A DNA stretch of 34,105 nucleotides from Sulfurimonadaceae bacterium (lineage in GTDB: Bacteria; Campylobacterota; Campylobacteria; Campylobacterales; Sulfurimonadaceae), in NCBI GenBank assembly GCA_041548245.1, contig JBFESZ010000013.1, positions 1 through 34,105 on the forward strand. Reading direction: 5' to 3'. Every line of letters begins with the position of its first letter. Within the stretch, counting starts at the first letter, position 1. Of this stretch, positions 9,472 to 20,889 are shown in pieces. The translations under genes were made by a program, and so were the position numbers. A model generated the notes under the pieces. The model worked only from the letters and a program-made list of their open reading frames with translations, had not been told where the DNA came from and ran no database searches.

Positions 9472-10382
9472 CACATACTGAAAAACGTATCATCATTAAT
9501 CGAATCATTATGACCTTATCTACCCTCTCTGCAATGATTGGGATAGGATTCCTACTATGGATCCTTACCGTTCTTGTCATCAATGGCATTGATGCTATTA
9601 ACTGGAACATCTTTATCTTCGAAGGTGCCCCTCCAGGCTATGAAGAGAGCGGTCTTAGACACGCACTTATCGGCCAGGCAATGCTGATTGGGATGTCAAC
9701 ACTTATCGGTGTCCCTCTTGGGATCCTTGCCGGTACCTATCTAAGTGAATACGGCGGTCTAAAGTCCAAGCTGGCTAACACTATCCGCGATATCTCAGAT
9801 ATCATGATGTCAGCACCCTCAATTGTCATTGGTGTCTTTGTCTACGCAATGATTATCAATAGGGACAGCTTTCTCTACGACAACTTTTTATCCCGTAACG
9901 TCAGTGAACTTTTCAGCCTTCCAGACACATTGGCCGGTTCATTCAGCGGATGGGCTGGTATCATAGCCCTGACAATTATAATGATACCTATTATTCTTAG
10001 AACGACAGATGATATGCTCCAGCTTGTTCCAACAACATTACGTGAAGCAGCCTTTGCCCTTGGAGCACCAAAGTACAAAGTGATCCTTCAGGTTGTCATT
10101 CGTGGCGCAAAAACAGGTATCTTGACCGGTGTCCTACTTGGAGTCGCCCGTGTTTCGGGTGAAACGGCACCGCTTCTTTTCACATCATTTAATGACAACT
10201 TTTTAAACATGAATCTTAGTGAACCTATTGCCTCACTGACTGTAACCATGTTTAACTATGCGACCAGCCCATACGAAGACTGGCAAAAACTTGGATGGGC
10301 AGCAGCCTTTATTCTGTCAATGTTTATCCTTGGCCTAAATATTTTAGGTAGACTACTATTAATCAAAAGAAAGAGAAAATAA
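9468..10382 (+). CDS. pstA: Phosphate ABC transporter permease PstA
   Basis: Motifs PSIVIG, REAAFALGA and ARVSGETAPLL; ATGA overlap with pstC. Confidence 0.96.
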   Translation: MTHTEKRIIINRIIMTLSTLSAMIGIGFLLWILTVLVINGIDAINWNIFIFEGAPPGYEESGLRHALIGQAMLIGMSTLIGVPLGILAGTYLSEYGGLKSKLANTIRDISDIMMSAPSIVIGVFVYAMIINRDSFLYDNFLSRNVSELFSLPDTLAGSFSGWAGIIALTIIMIPIILRTTDDMLQLVPTTLREAAFALGAPKYKVILQVVIRGAKTGILTGVLLGVARVSGETAPLLFTSFNDNFLNMNLSEPIASLTVTMFNYATSPYEDWQKLGWAAAFILSMFILGLNILGRLLLIKRKRK

Positions 10383-10385
10383 ATC

Positions 10386-11171
10386 ATGCCGACTATTATT
10401 GATATTCCTGAAGAAAAAGCCATCCAGGTCAACAACTTTGAGTTTACCTATGCCGGTGCAAGTGATCCAAGTCTAAAAAACATCACGATGCCTATTGCAA
10501 AAAACAAAGTTACAGCGCTTATCGGACCATCAGGTTGTGGTAAAACCACACTTCTTCGTTCATTCAATCGTATGCATGATTTATATCCTGGCAATACATA
10601 CACAGGCGAGATTATGTTTAAAGGACGCAATATCCTTCAAGAGAAAGAGGATATGATCAAACTGCGTACACAGATCGGTATGATCTTCCAGAAACCAACT
10701 GCCTTTCCAATGAGTATCTTCGATAATGTCGCCTATGGATTACGTCTTAAAGGTATTAAGAACAAAAGTGAACTTCAAGACCGTGTAGAAAAAGCCCTTC
10801 AAGATGCTGCTATCTGGAAAGAGACGAGCCATCGTCTTAAAGATGATGCCAATGGGCTTTCCGGTGGTCAACAACAACGTTTGTGTATTGCTAGGGCGAT
10901 TGCTGTCGAACCTGAAGTCCTTCTCTTTGATGAGCCTACCTCAGCACTTGACCCGATCTCTACCCAGGGTATTGAAAAACTTATTATCGAGTTGAAAGAA
11001 AAAGTCTCTATTCTGATCGTTACACACAATATGCAGCAAGCTGCCCGTGTATCTGATTATACAGGTTTTATGTATTTGGGTGACCTTATCGAGCTTGGCA
11101 AAACAGAAGAGCTATTCGTAACACCGGCTGAAAAACTCACAGAAGAGTACATCACAGGTAAGTTCGGTTAA
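10386..11171 (+). CDS. pstB: Phosphate ABC transporter ATPase PstB
   Basis: Motifs [21 protein letters not shown] and [10 protein letters not shown]-terminal YITGKFG. Confidence 0.97.
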   Translation: MPTIIDIPEEKAIQVNNFEFTYAGASDPSLKNITMPIAKNKVTALIGPSGCGKTTLLRSFNRMHDLYPGNTYTGEIMFKGRNILQEKEDMIKLRTQIGMIFQKPTAFPMSIFDNVAYGLRLKGIKNKSELQDRVEKALQDAAIWKETSHRLKDDANGLSGGQQQRLCIARAIAVEPEVLLFDEPTSALDPISTQGIEKLIIELKEKVSILIVTHNMQQAARVSDYTGFMYLGDLIELGKTEELFVTPAEKLTEEYITGKFG

Positions 11172-11183
11172 TCTTGCAAATCC

Positions 11184-11207
11184 TGTATAAAGCAGATGCT
11201 TTACACA
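11184..11207 (+). terminator. Hairpin after pstB
   Basis: TGT-A-TAAAGC-agat-GCTTTA-C-ACA inverted repeat 12 nt after the stop; weak U-tract. Confidence 0.45.
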
Positions 11208-11212
11208 AAGCT

Positions 11213-11288
11213 AAAAAATGACAGATAAGGACAATAAGTTTCATTTAGACCGGAAAATCTGTCATTTCACCATATGATCAACTATTTA
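11213..11288 (-). ncRNA. Candidate sRNA with a large-loop terminator hairpin
   Basis: Perfect 11-bp inverted repeat (11216-11226 / 11257-11267) with a 30-nt loop. On the minus strand the stem runs into U6, and TATATT lies at 11300-11295. Confidence 0.35.
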
Positions 11289-11381
11289 CTCTTTAATATA
11301 CACCAAGTGACTAAACTGCTTATCTTTTCTTTTCCTTGCGTAATTTTATGTTACACTGTTTAAAAACTATAAGGTCTCATT

Positions 11382-11789
11382 TTGCCTACCGAAATAGCTT
11401 TAAACGGTGTATCCTTTTTAGAAAAATGTTATATCCATTGGAAAACAAAAACCTATGGACAAAAAATTGAACATGTCGCTTTAATACTCGCTGTTGCGAT
11501 CTATATGAACAAGAAGATCTATCAGGAGGAGCTAAACAGCGCTTCTGCTTGTCTCTCTAGTATTGTAGGTGCCGAAGAAGATATCGACAATATCATGGAA
11601 TATATCAAGATGAAGCTCAACTCCTATCAAGATGACAATGAGATTTGGCTTGCAGACAGACAAGAAGCCTTCAATCTGATAAAAGAGGATGAAAACTTAT
11701 ATGCCTGTATGAGTGACGTCTTTAACTCAGACGGCAATATGGATGAAAGTGAAAAACTCTTTGAGGAGACCTTAAAACGCCTATTATGA
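11382..11789 (+). CDS. Hypothetical protein, possibly TerB-like fold
   Basis: TTG start with an AAGG RBS; acidic helical protein with a C-terminal SDGNMDESEK motif; ATGA overlap with cca. Confidence 0.7.
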   Translation: MPTEIALNGVSFLEKCYIHWKTKTYGQKIEHVALILAVAIYMNKKIYQEELNSASACLSSIVGAEEDIDNIMEYIKMKLNSYQDDNEIWLADRQEAFNLIKEDENLYACMSDVFNSDGNMDESEKLFEETLKRLL

Positions 11790-13150
11790 AACTTTCCTCT
11801 CCCATTACAGATCTCTGCCATAGACTTATAGACTCAGGAGCTAGGCCAATTATTGTAGGGGGTTATGTTCGTGACTTCTTTATGCAAAAAAAGAGTAAAG
11901 ACATCGATATCGAAGTCTATAATATCTCCTCTTTGGAACAACTCAAATCAAGTCTGGAACAACTTGCACCCGTTCATGAAGTTGGCAAAAGTTTTGGTGT
12001 GTTAAAGATACAACTCGATGAATATGAGTTTGATATCTCCCTGCCCCGTACCGAGATAAAAACATCAAAAGGCCATAAAGGCTTTAATATACAGACCAAT
12101 GGTTACCTGGATTTTATCACCGCAGCCAAGCGTCGCGACTTTACCATGAATGCGATCGGTTACGATGTCTGTACCTCAAGCTTTTTAGACCCCTATAATG
12201 GCCAGGAAGACATTGAAAAAAACATCATACGCCATGTAGATGATGTCAGTTTTGTCGAAGACCCTTTACGCGTACTGCGCGCTGTTCAGTTTGCTGCGCG
12301 TTTTAATTTCAAACTAGATGCTAACACATTAAAACTCTGTCAGCGGATGGTCACCAAGGGAATGTTAGCGGAACTTCCAAAAGAGCGTATCTTTGAAGAA
12401 TACAAGAAACTTCTTTTAAAAGCTTCCAAGCCCTCTCTTGGATTTGAACTTTTAGATCAGTTAAATGCACTTTTTCCAGAACTCAAAGCCCTTCAAGGTA
12501 TCCCTCAAGATAAAGAATATCATCCCGAAGGCGATGTCTGGACACATACGATGATGAGTTTGGATGCCATGGCCGAACTTAAAACAGGCGAATCTAAAAA
12601 AGATATTATGCTTCTTCTGGCTACCTTATGCCACGATCTTGGCAAAGCAGAGACAACAGAGATTATCGGTGGTAAGATACGCTCAATCGGACATGAAAAC
12701 TATCTGGATCCGACTTTGTCCCTTATGCAAAGACTCTGTGATGAGAAAGCTCTTGTTGAAGAGATAGTCTCTCTTGTGAAAACACACCTTATGCCTTCGT
12801 TACTGTATCAACAAAACTCTACTGAAGCGGCAATCAGACGACTTTCTACAAAAGTGAACATCGAAAACCTGATCATTCTTTCAAAGGCTGATCATTTTGG
12901 CCGTACCACTAAAGAAGCTAAAAACAAGGAATATCCTGCAGGAGAGTGGCTATTTCAAAAGGCACAAGAACTAAAGGTTCTGCAGAAAAAACCGGAAGCT
13001 CTTCTACAGGGTCGTCATCTGATTGAAAAAGGATTGGAAGCGGGTAAACCATTCAAAAAGATATTGGACGATGCTTATGAAGCTCAATTGGATGGAAAGT
13101 TTTTTACACAAGAAGGAGCACTTAACTGGCTTAATACCTACTTGTCATGA
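11786..13150 (+). CDS. cca: CCA tRNA nucleotidyltransferase with HD domain
   Basis: Motifs VGGYVRD, DIDIE, RRDFTMNA, EDPLRVLR, HPEGDVWTH and LCHDLGK. Confidence 0.93.
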   Translation: MKLSSPITDLCHRLIDSGARPIIVGGYVRDFFMQKKSKDIDIEVYNISSLEQLKSSLEQLAPVHEVGKSFGVLKIQLDEYEFDISLPRTEIKTSKGHKGFNIQTNGYLDFITAAKRRDFTMNAIGYDVCTSSFLDPYNGQEDIEKNIIRHVDDVSFVEDPLRVLRAVQFAARFNFKLDANTLKLCQRMVTKGMLAELPKERIFEEYKKLLLKASKPSLGFELLDQLNALFPELKALQGIPQDKEYHPEGDVWTHTMMSLDAMAELKTGESKKDIMLLLATLCHDLGKAETTEIIGGKIRSIGHENYLDPTLSLMQRLCDEKALVEEIVSLVKTHLMPSLLYQQNSTEAAIRRLSTKVNIENLIILSKADHFGRTTKEAKNKEYPAGEWLFQKAQELKVLQKKPEALLQGRHLIEKGLEAGKPFKKILDDAYEAQLDGKFFTQEGALNWLNTYLS

Positions 13151-13665
13151 TGTTTATGCTGTTTATGTCGTTTGTGCTGTTTGTGGTGTCGTCTTTTCTT
13201 CGCTTTGTTCACAGAGGCTATCCACAACCAATTCACAAGATAATACCCGCCCACAGAAAAAAGAAATGAATAGAAAAATGTCCCTACGTACAATGGGATA
13301 AAAATATCTCCTATATTGTTTTTAAACCACTCTAAACTCATCTCAATATTATTGATACCCTCTTGCATCAATAAAATATTTCCTGTTATATATTCAATAT
13401 AATAGATAAATGGCATGGTTAAAGGATTTGTTATCCAGACAAGTGAGACACCAATAGGTACGTTAAAACGAAAAAATGGAACCACCAGAATCACCGCCAA
13501 CATCTGCATAGGCATTGGAATCATGGCAATAAACATCCCTACCAAAATAGCACGAGTGACCATTCGTCTGTTAATACTTAATAGCTCTCTTGGGATATTA
13601 TACTTTTTCATCACGGCATCGAGCTTGGGGTTTGATCTGTTTTTATCAAAAACTTTTCTAATCAT
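13138..13665 (-). CDS. DUF2062 family membrane protein with a His/Lys-rich tail
   Basis: Motifs GMFIAMIPMPMQ and WITNPLT; own -10 TATAAT at 13697-13692. Confidence 0.85.
   Translation of the reverse strand: MIRKVFDKNRSNPKLDAVMKKYNIPRELLSINRRMVTRAILVGMFIAMIPMPMQMLAVILVVPFFRFNVPIGVSLVWITNPLTMPFIYYIEYITGNILLMQEGINNIEMSLEWFKNNIGDIFIPLYVGTFFYSFLFSVGGYYLVNWLWIASVNKAKKRRHHKQHKRHKQHKHHDK
13151..13186 (+). repeat. Four imperfect 9-bp tandem repeats encoding (HKQ/HKR)n
   Basis: TGTTTATGC TGTTTATGT CGTTTGTGC TGTTTGTGG. Confidence 0.8.
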
Positions 13666-13738
13666 AATTAATCAATTTTATATTTTTGCTAATTATACCC
13701 TTTTATATTCATGGATATGAGTAATAAATGATTAAGTT

Positions 13739-13842
13739 AGCTTATATCCTAGGGGAGAATAGATATAAGCTGCTTTGAATTGGGAGAATAAATGAATGAA
13801 AAGAGCTAAAGAAGTAAGGGGAGAAACTCCTTCTCTCTTTCT
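13739..13842 (-). ncRNA. Candidate trans-acting sRNA with three C/U-rich anti-SD motifs
   Basis: Perfect TATAAT at 13854-13849; three TTCTCCC(C) copies; perfect 10-bp 3' stem with the third motif in its loop. Confidence 0.55.
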
Positions 13843-13913
13843 AAATGTATTATAAGGGGTTCTTGTGTGAATAATGTGTTATCTCTATTCTATTTAACAA
13901 TCACTTGCTCTTT

Positions 13914-14957
13914 TTAGTTCTCTACCACTACTATTTTATTCTTGCCCTCTTCTTTTGCCTTATAGAGTGCCCTATCTACCATTAATATCATTGATTCGCA
14001 AGCTTGTGCACTTTTATACTCACTAATACCAAAACTGGCCGTAACGCAAAAGTCTATTCCGAAGCTCTCTATTTCTATAACCTGCCTCATCTTCTCTGCT
14101 ACATGTCGGGCACTATACAGATTTGTATTGGGACAGATAATCAAGAACTCTTCTCCACCCCATCTCCCTACAATATCACTCTCTCTCGAGTTCGTAGAAA
14201 GTATCTGAGAAATCTTTTTAAGAACCTTGTCTCCTTCCAGGTGCCCATAACTATCATTTATTTTTTTAAAATCATCGATGTCAAGAAGTATGACTGAAAA
14301 TGGGGTTTCATACCGCTGTGATAAGATATATACCTCATGCATCTTTAAATCGATATGTCTTCGATTAAAAAGCCCTGTTAGCATATCTGTTGTAGAGAGC
14401 TTCTCGAGTTTTTCAAAGGCTTCTGAACGACTCAATTCATAATAAAATATTAATAATGCAACAATAAGATAGACTGCCGTCAAATTTATAAATGAAACTG
14501 TCGTAAATCCTACCGGTTTCCAGGAGTCAATACCCAAAAATGCTATACTTAATAAAATACCAAAATAAACCAGACAGTAAAGCAGTCCAATACGTATTCC
14601 TTTAAGGTAAATACTTATAATCGGCAATATAACCCCATAAACAAAAGCATAATCATTATGGTTTTGATCCATGATAAAAAGAAGAGTGAGAACAAAGATT
14701 ATACTAATAAGTATCGTCGCAGCTAATTCAATATCTTTACGTTTTATCAATGCTTGCCAACAAAAATATGAAGCGAGCAAACCTGCTCCATCAAGTATGG
14801 CAACACCATACAATGTCGTTACAAAAATGTTGAGATAGACAAAAAATGAGAGAGTAAAGACCAGAATGACAAGTGTTGAGAGCACAAAATAGGATTTTCT
14901 GTAATTTTTATCAGCTGTAGTAAGCCCTAATTTATTTTCAATAATATGCTTGAACAC
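13914..14957 (-). CDS. Membrane-bound diguanylate cyclase (GGEEF)
   Basis: About 6 TM helices; motifs DMLTGLFNRR, DIDDFKKIND.YGH and RWGGEEF; I-site RESD (RxxD). Confidence 0.92.
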   Translation of the reverse strand: MFKHIIENKLGLTTADKNYRKSYFVLSTLVILVFTLSFFVYLNIFVTTLYGVAILDGAGLLASYFCWQALIKRKDIELAATILISIIFVLTLLFIMDQNHNDYAFVYGVILPIISIYLKGIRIGLLYCLVYFGILLSIAFLGIDSWKPVGFTTVSFINLTAVYLIVALLIFYYELSRSEAFEKLEKLSTTDMLTGLFNRRHIDLKMHEVYILSQRYETPFSVILLDIDDFKKINDSYGHLEGDKVLKKISQILSTNSRESDIVGRWGGEEFLIICPNTNLYSARHVAEKMRQVIEIESFGIDFCVTASFGISEYKSAQACESMILMVDRALYKAKEEGKNKIVVVEN

Positions 14958-14992
14958 TTAATCAAGGCCTCCTTTTGGCTTATATATGAAAC

Positions 14993-15379
14993 CTATTTTT
15001 CTAGTTTAGAGCTGTCGATCTCCACAACAGTATGAACATTTCCACGCGGATTGAAATCAGCTGTAATCTTCATATATTTTGGTTTTAACTTGGCCTCTAA
15101 AACGTCATATATCTCATTTGCTGTGTTCTCATGCGAAATATGACGATCCCTAAAAGAATTAATATACAACTTAATCGCTTTTAATTCGACCACATACTCA
15201 TCAGGTGTATATTCCAAATATATCGTTGCATAATCTGGATACCCGCTTCTAGGACATAAACAAGAAAACTCCGGTAAAGTCATTTTAATCAGGTAATTTT
15301 TCTTATGCTCGTTTGGCCAAATTTCCAAATCCTTATCAACATCAAACTCTGCGACGATCTTTTCTCCGTACTTCATCAT
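14993..15379 (-). CDS. queF: NADPH-dependent preQ0 reductase QueF (type I)
   Basis: Motifs PEFSCLCPRSGYPD, VELKAIKLY, SHE and PRG. Confidence 0.96.
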   Translation of the reverse strand: MMKYGEKIVAEFDVDKDLEIWPNEHKKNYLIKMTLPEFSCLCPRSGYPDYATIYLEYTPDEYVVELKAIKLYINSFRDRHISHENTANEIYDVLEAKLKPKYMKITADFNPRGNVHTVVEIDSSKLEK

Positions 15380-15386
15380 ATACCTT

Positions 15387-16811
15387 TTACACTATTTCTT
15401 TTAATTTATCATAACTGAGGATTCTTGAGATGACATTTCCTTGAATATAATCTATCTGCATCTGTTCAAATTCAGTTTTTAACTCTTTCGTGTCTACCAT
15501 TTTGATCCAGCATTTCATCCCCATACTATCAGCGATGGACTTATATCCCCTGACCATTGCCATGTAGACTGGCGAGTTGATATGTTTACTAAAGTGTTTG
15601 TCAAAACGAATTATATCGACTTCTAAACGTTTTAAGTACTCTATCGAGGCATTCATCGAACCTATATTGTCCAATACAAAACGAACACCCAGTGCCCTGT
15701 ACTCTTGTAAAATATCATTATAGCGTTCCATATTTGTATAAACCTCCTTCTCTGAAAGGAAAATCACTAACCGTTTATATTCTATCTTCTCTTTCTCAAC
15801 GAGTTGCTTGAAACGCTGTAAAAAACGCCTGTTTCTTAACACTGACGGAGAGATGTTAAAGGCAAAAGAAACTCCTTCAAGCGCCTTGTTCAAACGTAAA
15901 ATCTTTTCTAAAACCAATTCATCATATTCCCGCTCAAACCCTAAACGTTTAACAATTGGCATATAACTTTTTTGATGAATAATCTTATTGTTTTTCCCTT
16001 GCAATTTGATACTTATTTGTATGATTTTTTCTTTGGCTTGTACAGGTTGAAACATCAATGAAAGGTTTCTATTCGACAAAGCATACCTGACATTTTCATT
16101 AAGTTCCAACAGACTAAGATCTTCATACTCTGCCGACAGTCTTGTCTCATCATCTTCATCATGATCAGAATCTTTCAGATCGAACAGTCGTTCACTCAGC
16201 GCATTGATATCTAAACTTAAACTTTTATCGACAACTGCACCTTTTATTTTCACCTCTATATCATCGATAACAAAATCATCAAATTTAACATACATCATCT
16301 CCAAAAAAGGCCTGATAGTACTGCTCTTACTGTTAAGACCAATTAAAAAATTTCCACCGTTAAAATGTCCTATGGGAAACTTTTCAAATCCCTTGTCGGA
16401 AAAAAAGTTTCCCACATCTTTAGAAACAATCTTCAAGGCCTTATCACCAGCTTTTGTACCATAGCGCGAATTGATATCAGGAAGGTTCTCTATACTGATC
16501 AAAACAATACTGTATTCGCTGTATTTTTCTATCTCTTCTTTTAAAATTGACATAACTTTAGCACGGGTAAAAGTATGCGTGATGGGATCCGTTATCTGCT
16601 CGTCAAACCCTCGGTAAATCATATAAAATATAAAATATATAGAGACGGTTAGAATAAAAAGAGCCAGGATAAAAAAGCTAATGGGGATGTTTTGTATATA
16701 GTCGCTTATACGGGCAAATGTCAAAATAGCTGCCAAGAAAAAAAGCGGGACACCTGTACGTAGTGCCAACATAAAGCGGTGTGAGCGCTCTTTTTGTTCA
16801 GGATAAAGCAT
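15387..16811 (-). CDS. Degenerate GGDEF-EAL membrane protein
   Basis: Two TM helices. GGDEF is replaced by NGGNF, there is no EAL motif, and DDFG is replaced by DNIG. The start is probably ATG 16811 (ORF track: TTG 16832). Confidence 0.82.
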   Translation of the reverse strand: MLYPEQKERSHRFMLALRTGVPLFFLAAILTFARISDYIQNIPISFFILALFILTVSIYFIFYMIYRGFDEQITDPITHTFTRAKVMSILKEEIEKYSEYSIVLISIENLPDINSRYGTKAGDKALKIVSKDVGNFFSDKGFEKFPIGHFNGGNFLIGLNSKSSTIRPFLEMMYVKFDDFVIDDIEVKIKGAVVDKSLSLDINALSERLFDLKDSDHDEDDETRLSAEYEDLSLLELNENVRYALSNRNLSLMFQPVQAKEKIIQISIKLQGKNNKIIHQKSYMPIVKRLGFEREYDELVLEKILRLNKALEGVSFAFNISPSVLRNRRFLQRFKQLVEKEKIEYKRLVIFLSEKEVYTNMERYNDILQEYRALGVRFVLDNIGSMNASIEYLKRLEVDIIRFDKHFSKHINSPVYMAMVRGYKSIADSMGMKCWIKMVDTKELKTEFEQMQIDYIQGNVISRILSYDKLKEIV

Positions 16812-16889
16812 TTTTAAACTATTCCATAACAATTGAAGAGAAGCTGTTTATACTCAGTGATAGATAACTCACAACTTCTCCTTTGTTGA

Positions 16890-19250
<2,361 letters not shown>

Positions 19251-19390
19251 CTATCCTTTTTTATATAAATATTTTGTTTAAGAGGCTCATAAGTTGGATA
19301 AATTTGCAGAGTGATACTTTTACTCACCCGAATTGAGTTAAATGAGAGGTTTATTTTTACTTTTTATTATATTTCTTTTATTTTTATTGT

Positions 19391-19424
19391 AGAGAAGACT
19401 GTTATTTATAAACAAGCCTTCTCT
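19391..19424 (-). terminator. Probable terminator of degQ
   Basis: Inverted repeat AGAGAAG..TGTT / AACA..CTTCTCT directly after the stop. Confidence 0.5.
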
Positions 19425-19431
19425 TGTACCA

Positions 19432-20817
19432 TCATTTATAAGCGATCATAAAAACCTGACCGTTTCTATTGATATATACACGCTTGTATTGACCTTTGTA
19501 TTTTTTAAGAACATTTTTCAAAGTATCTATTGAGTCGATTTTATAGTTTTCAATCTGAACAATAATATCACCTTTTTGGATACCTTGATTTTCTGCTTCA
19601 CTGTTCTCTTTGACATCTTTTACTAAAACGCCTTCGATCATATGAGGGATGCGATATTGATAACGTGTATTGTCGTTTAACGGTATTAAACTCAAACCGC
19701 TTAACAACTCCTCTTTTTCATCATTGATTGCTTCTTGGTTCTCCAGTTTAAGTTTGGTTGTATAGATTTTTTTATTACGTTCATATACAACATCAATATC
19801 GACTTCCGGTTCAAGCATACCGATAAAGTTTTTTAGGTCGCTGGCATTTTTTATAGGACGATTATTTATTTTTATAATCAGATCTCCGCGTTTTAAACCC
19901 GCTTTTTGAGCTGGTGTGTTCTCATTTACATCAATAAGCAATGCCCCTTCACTATTTTTATAAAGTTTATCGAGATTTCCATGCAGATCAGATATCTGTA
20001 CACCCATATATCCTCGAGTAATTTTTCCTTTGTTAATCAGCTTTTGTACGACATTTTTGACCATATTGACCTCAATCGCAAAACCTATTCCATTGTTTCC
20101 TCCGCTTTTTGAAAGTATTGCCGAATTGATACCTATTAAAGCACCTCTGCTGTCTATCAAAGCACCGCCGGAATTACCTGGATTGATTGAAGCATCTGTT
20201 TGTATAAAGTTCTCATATTCGTTTATGCCAATACCGCTTTTATGTTTGGCAGAAATAATTCCCTGAGTTACACTTTGTCCCACTCCAAAAGGATTTCCTA
20301 TTGCAAAGACAATATCCCCAACTTCCAACAGAGAAGAGTTTCCCATTAAAATTGGAAAGAGTTTATCATCGGTCTCAATTTTTATTACAGCTAAATCTGT
20401 TTTTGGATCACTTCCAATGAGTTTTGCTTTATACTCTTTTTTGCTGTTTGCTAGAGTGACAACTATCTCATCTGCTTGATCAATGACATGGTTGTTTGTC
20501 ACAATATATCCATCTTCAGACAGTATGACACCTGATCCAAGTCCCATTGTTTTTTTAGATGGATTTTCTTGAGGAAATCTTCTACCAAAAAATTCTTCCA
20601 AAAACTCTTGCATTTGAAGGTTTCTTCTGACTTTTTGAGTTGTTGCAATGTGAACTATTGAATGGACTGTATGTTTTATAATTGGACTATAAGAAAGAAT
20701 TTTATTAGATGTTTGTGGTATCTCTCTGTTATTAATGAGTTCAGCGTCTTTAAATTCAATTTTTTGGGCAAGTAGGGTTATGTTTAAGATAATTAAAAGA
20801 GGAAGTATTTTCTTCAT
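19432..20817 (-). CDS. degQ: Do/DegQ (HtrA) family periplasmic serine protease with 2 PDZ domains
   Basis: Catalytic triad contexts TNNHV, DLAV and INPGNSGG; signal peptide; two PDZ-like domains. Confidence 0.93.
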   Translation of the reverse strand: MKKILPLLIILNITLLAQKIEFKDAELINNREIPQTSNKILSYSPIIKHTVHSIVHIATTQKVRRNLQMQEFLEEFFGRRFPQENPSKKTMGLGSGVILSEDGYIVTNNHVIDQADEIVVTLANSKKEYKAKLIGSDPKTDLAVIKIETDDKLFPILMGNSSLLEVGDIVFAIGNPFGVGQSVTQGIISAKHKSGIGINEYENFIQTDASINPGNSGGALIDSRGALIGINSAILSKSGGNNGIGFAIEVNMVKNVVQKLINKGKITRGYMGVQISDLHGNLDKLYKNSEGALLIDVNENTPAQKAGLKRGDLIIKINNRPIKNASDLKNFIGMLEPEVDIDVVYERNKKIYTTKLKLENQEAINDEKEELLSGLSLIPLNDNTRYQYRIPHMIEGVLVKDVKENSEAENQGIQKGDIIVQIENYKIDSIDTLKNVLKKYKGQYKRVYINRNGQVFMIAYK

Positions 20818-20889
20818 TAGAATCCTTTTTTTTGATTTTGAAATATTTTATCAAAAAAAAGGAAAATAAAAATGTGAAAACTGTGGGAT

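Noticed and set aside
13739-13830. Plus-strand CsrB-like sponge from the three GGGAGAA motifs
   Set aside because: The motifs are not ANGGA, and the clear -10 is on the minus strand, which favours the anti-SD reading.
15379-15420. preQ1 riboswitch before queF
   Set aside because: There are only 7 nt between genes and no preQ1 aptamer pattern.
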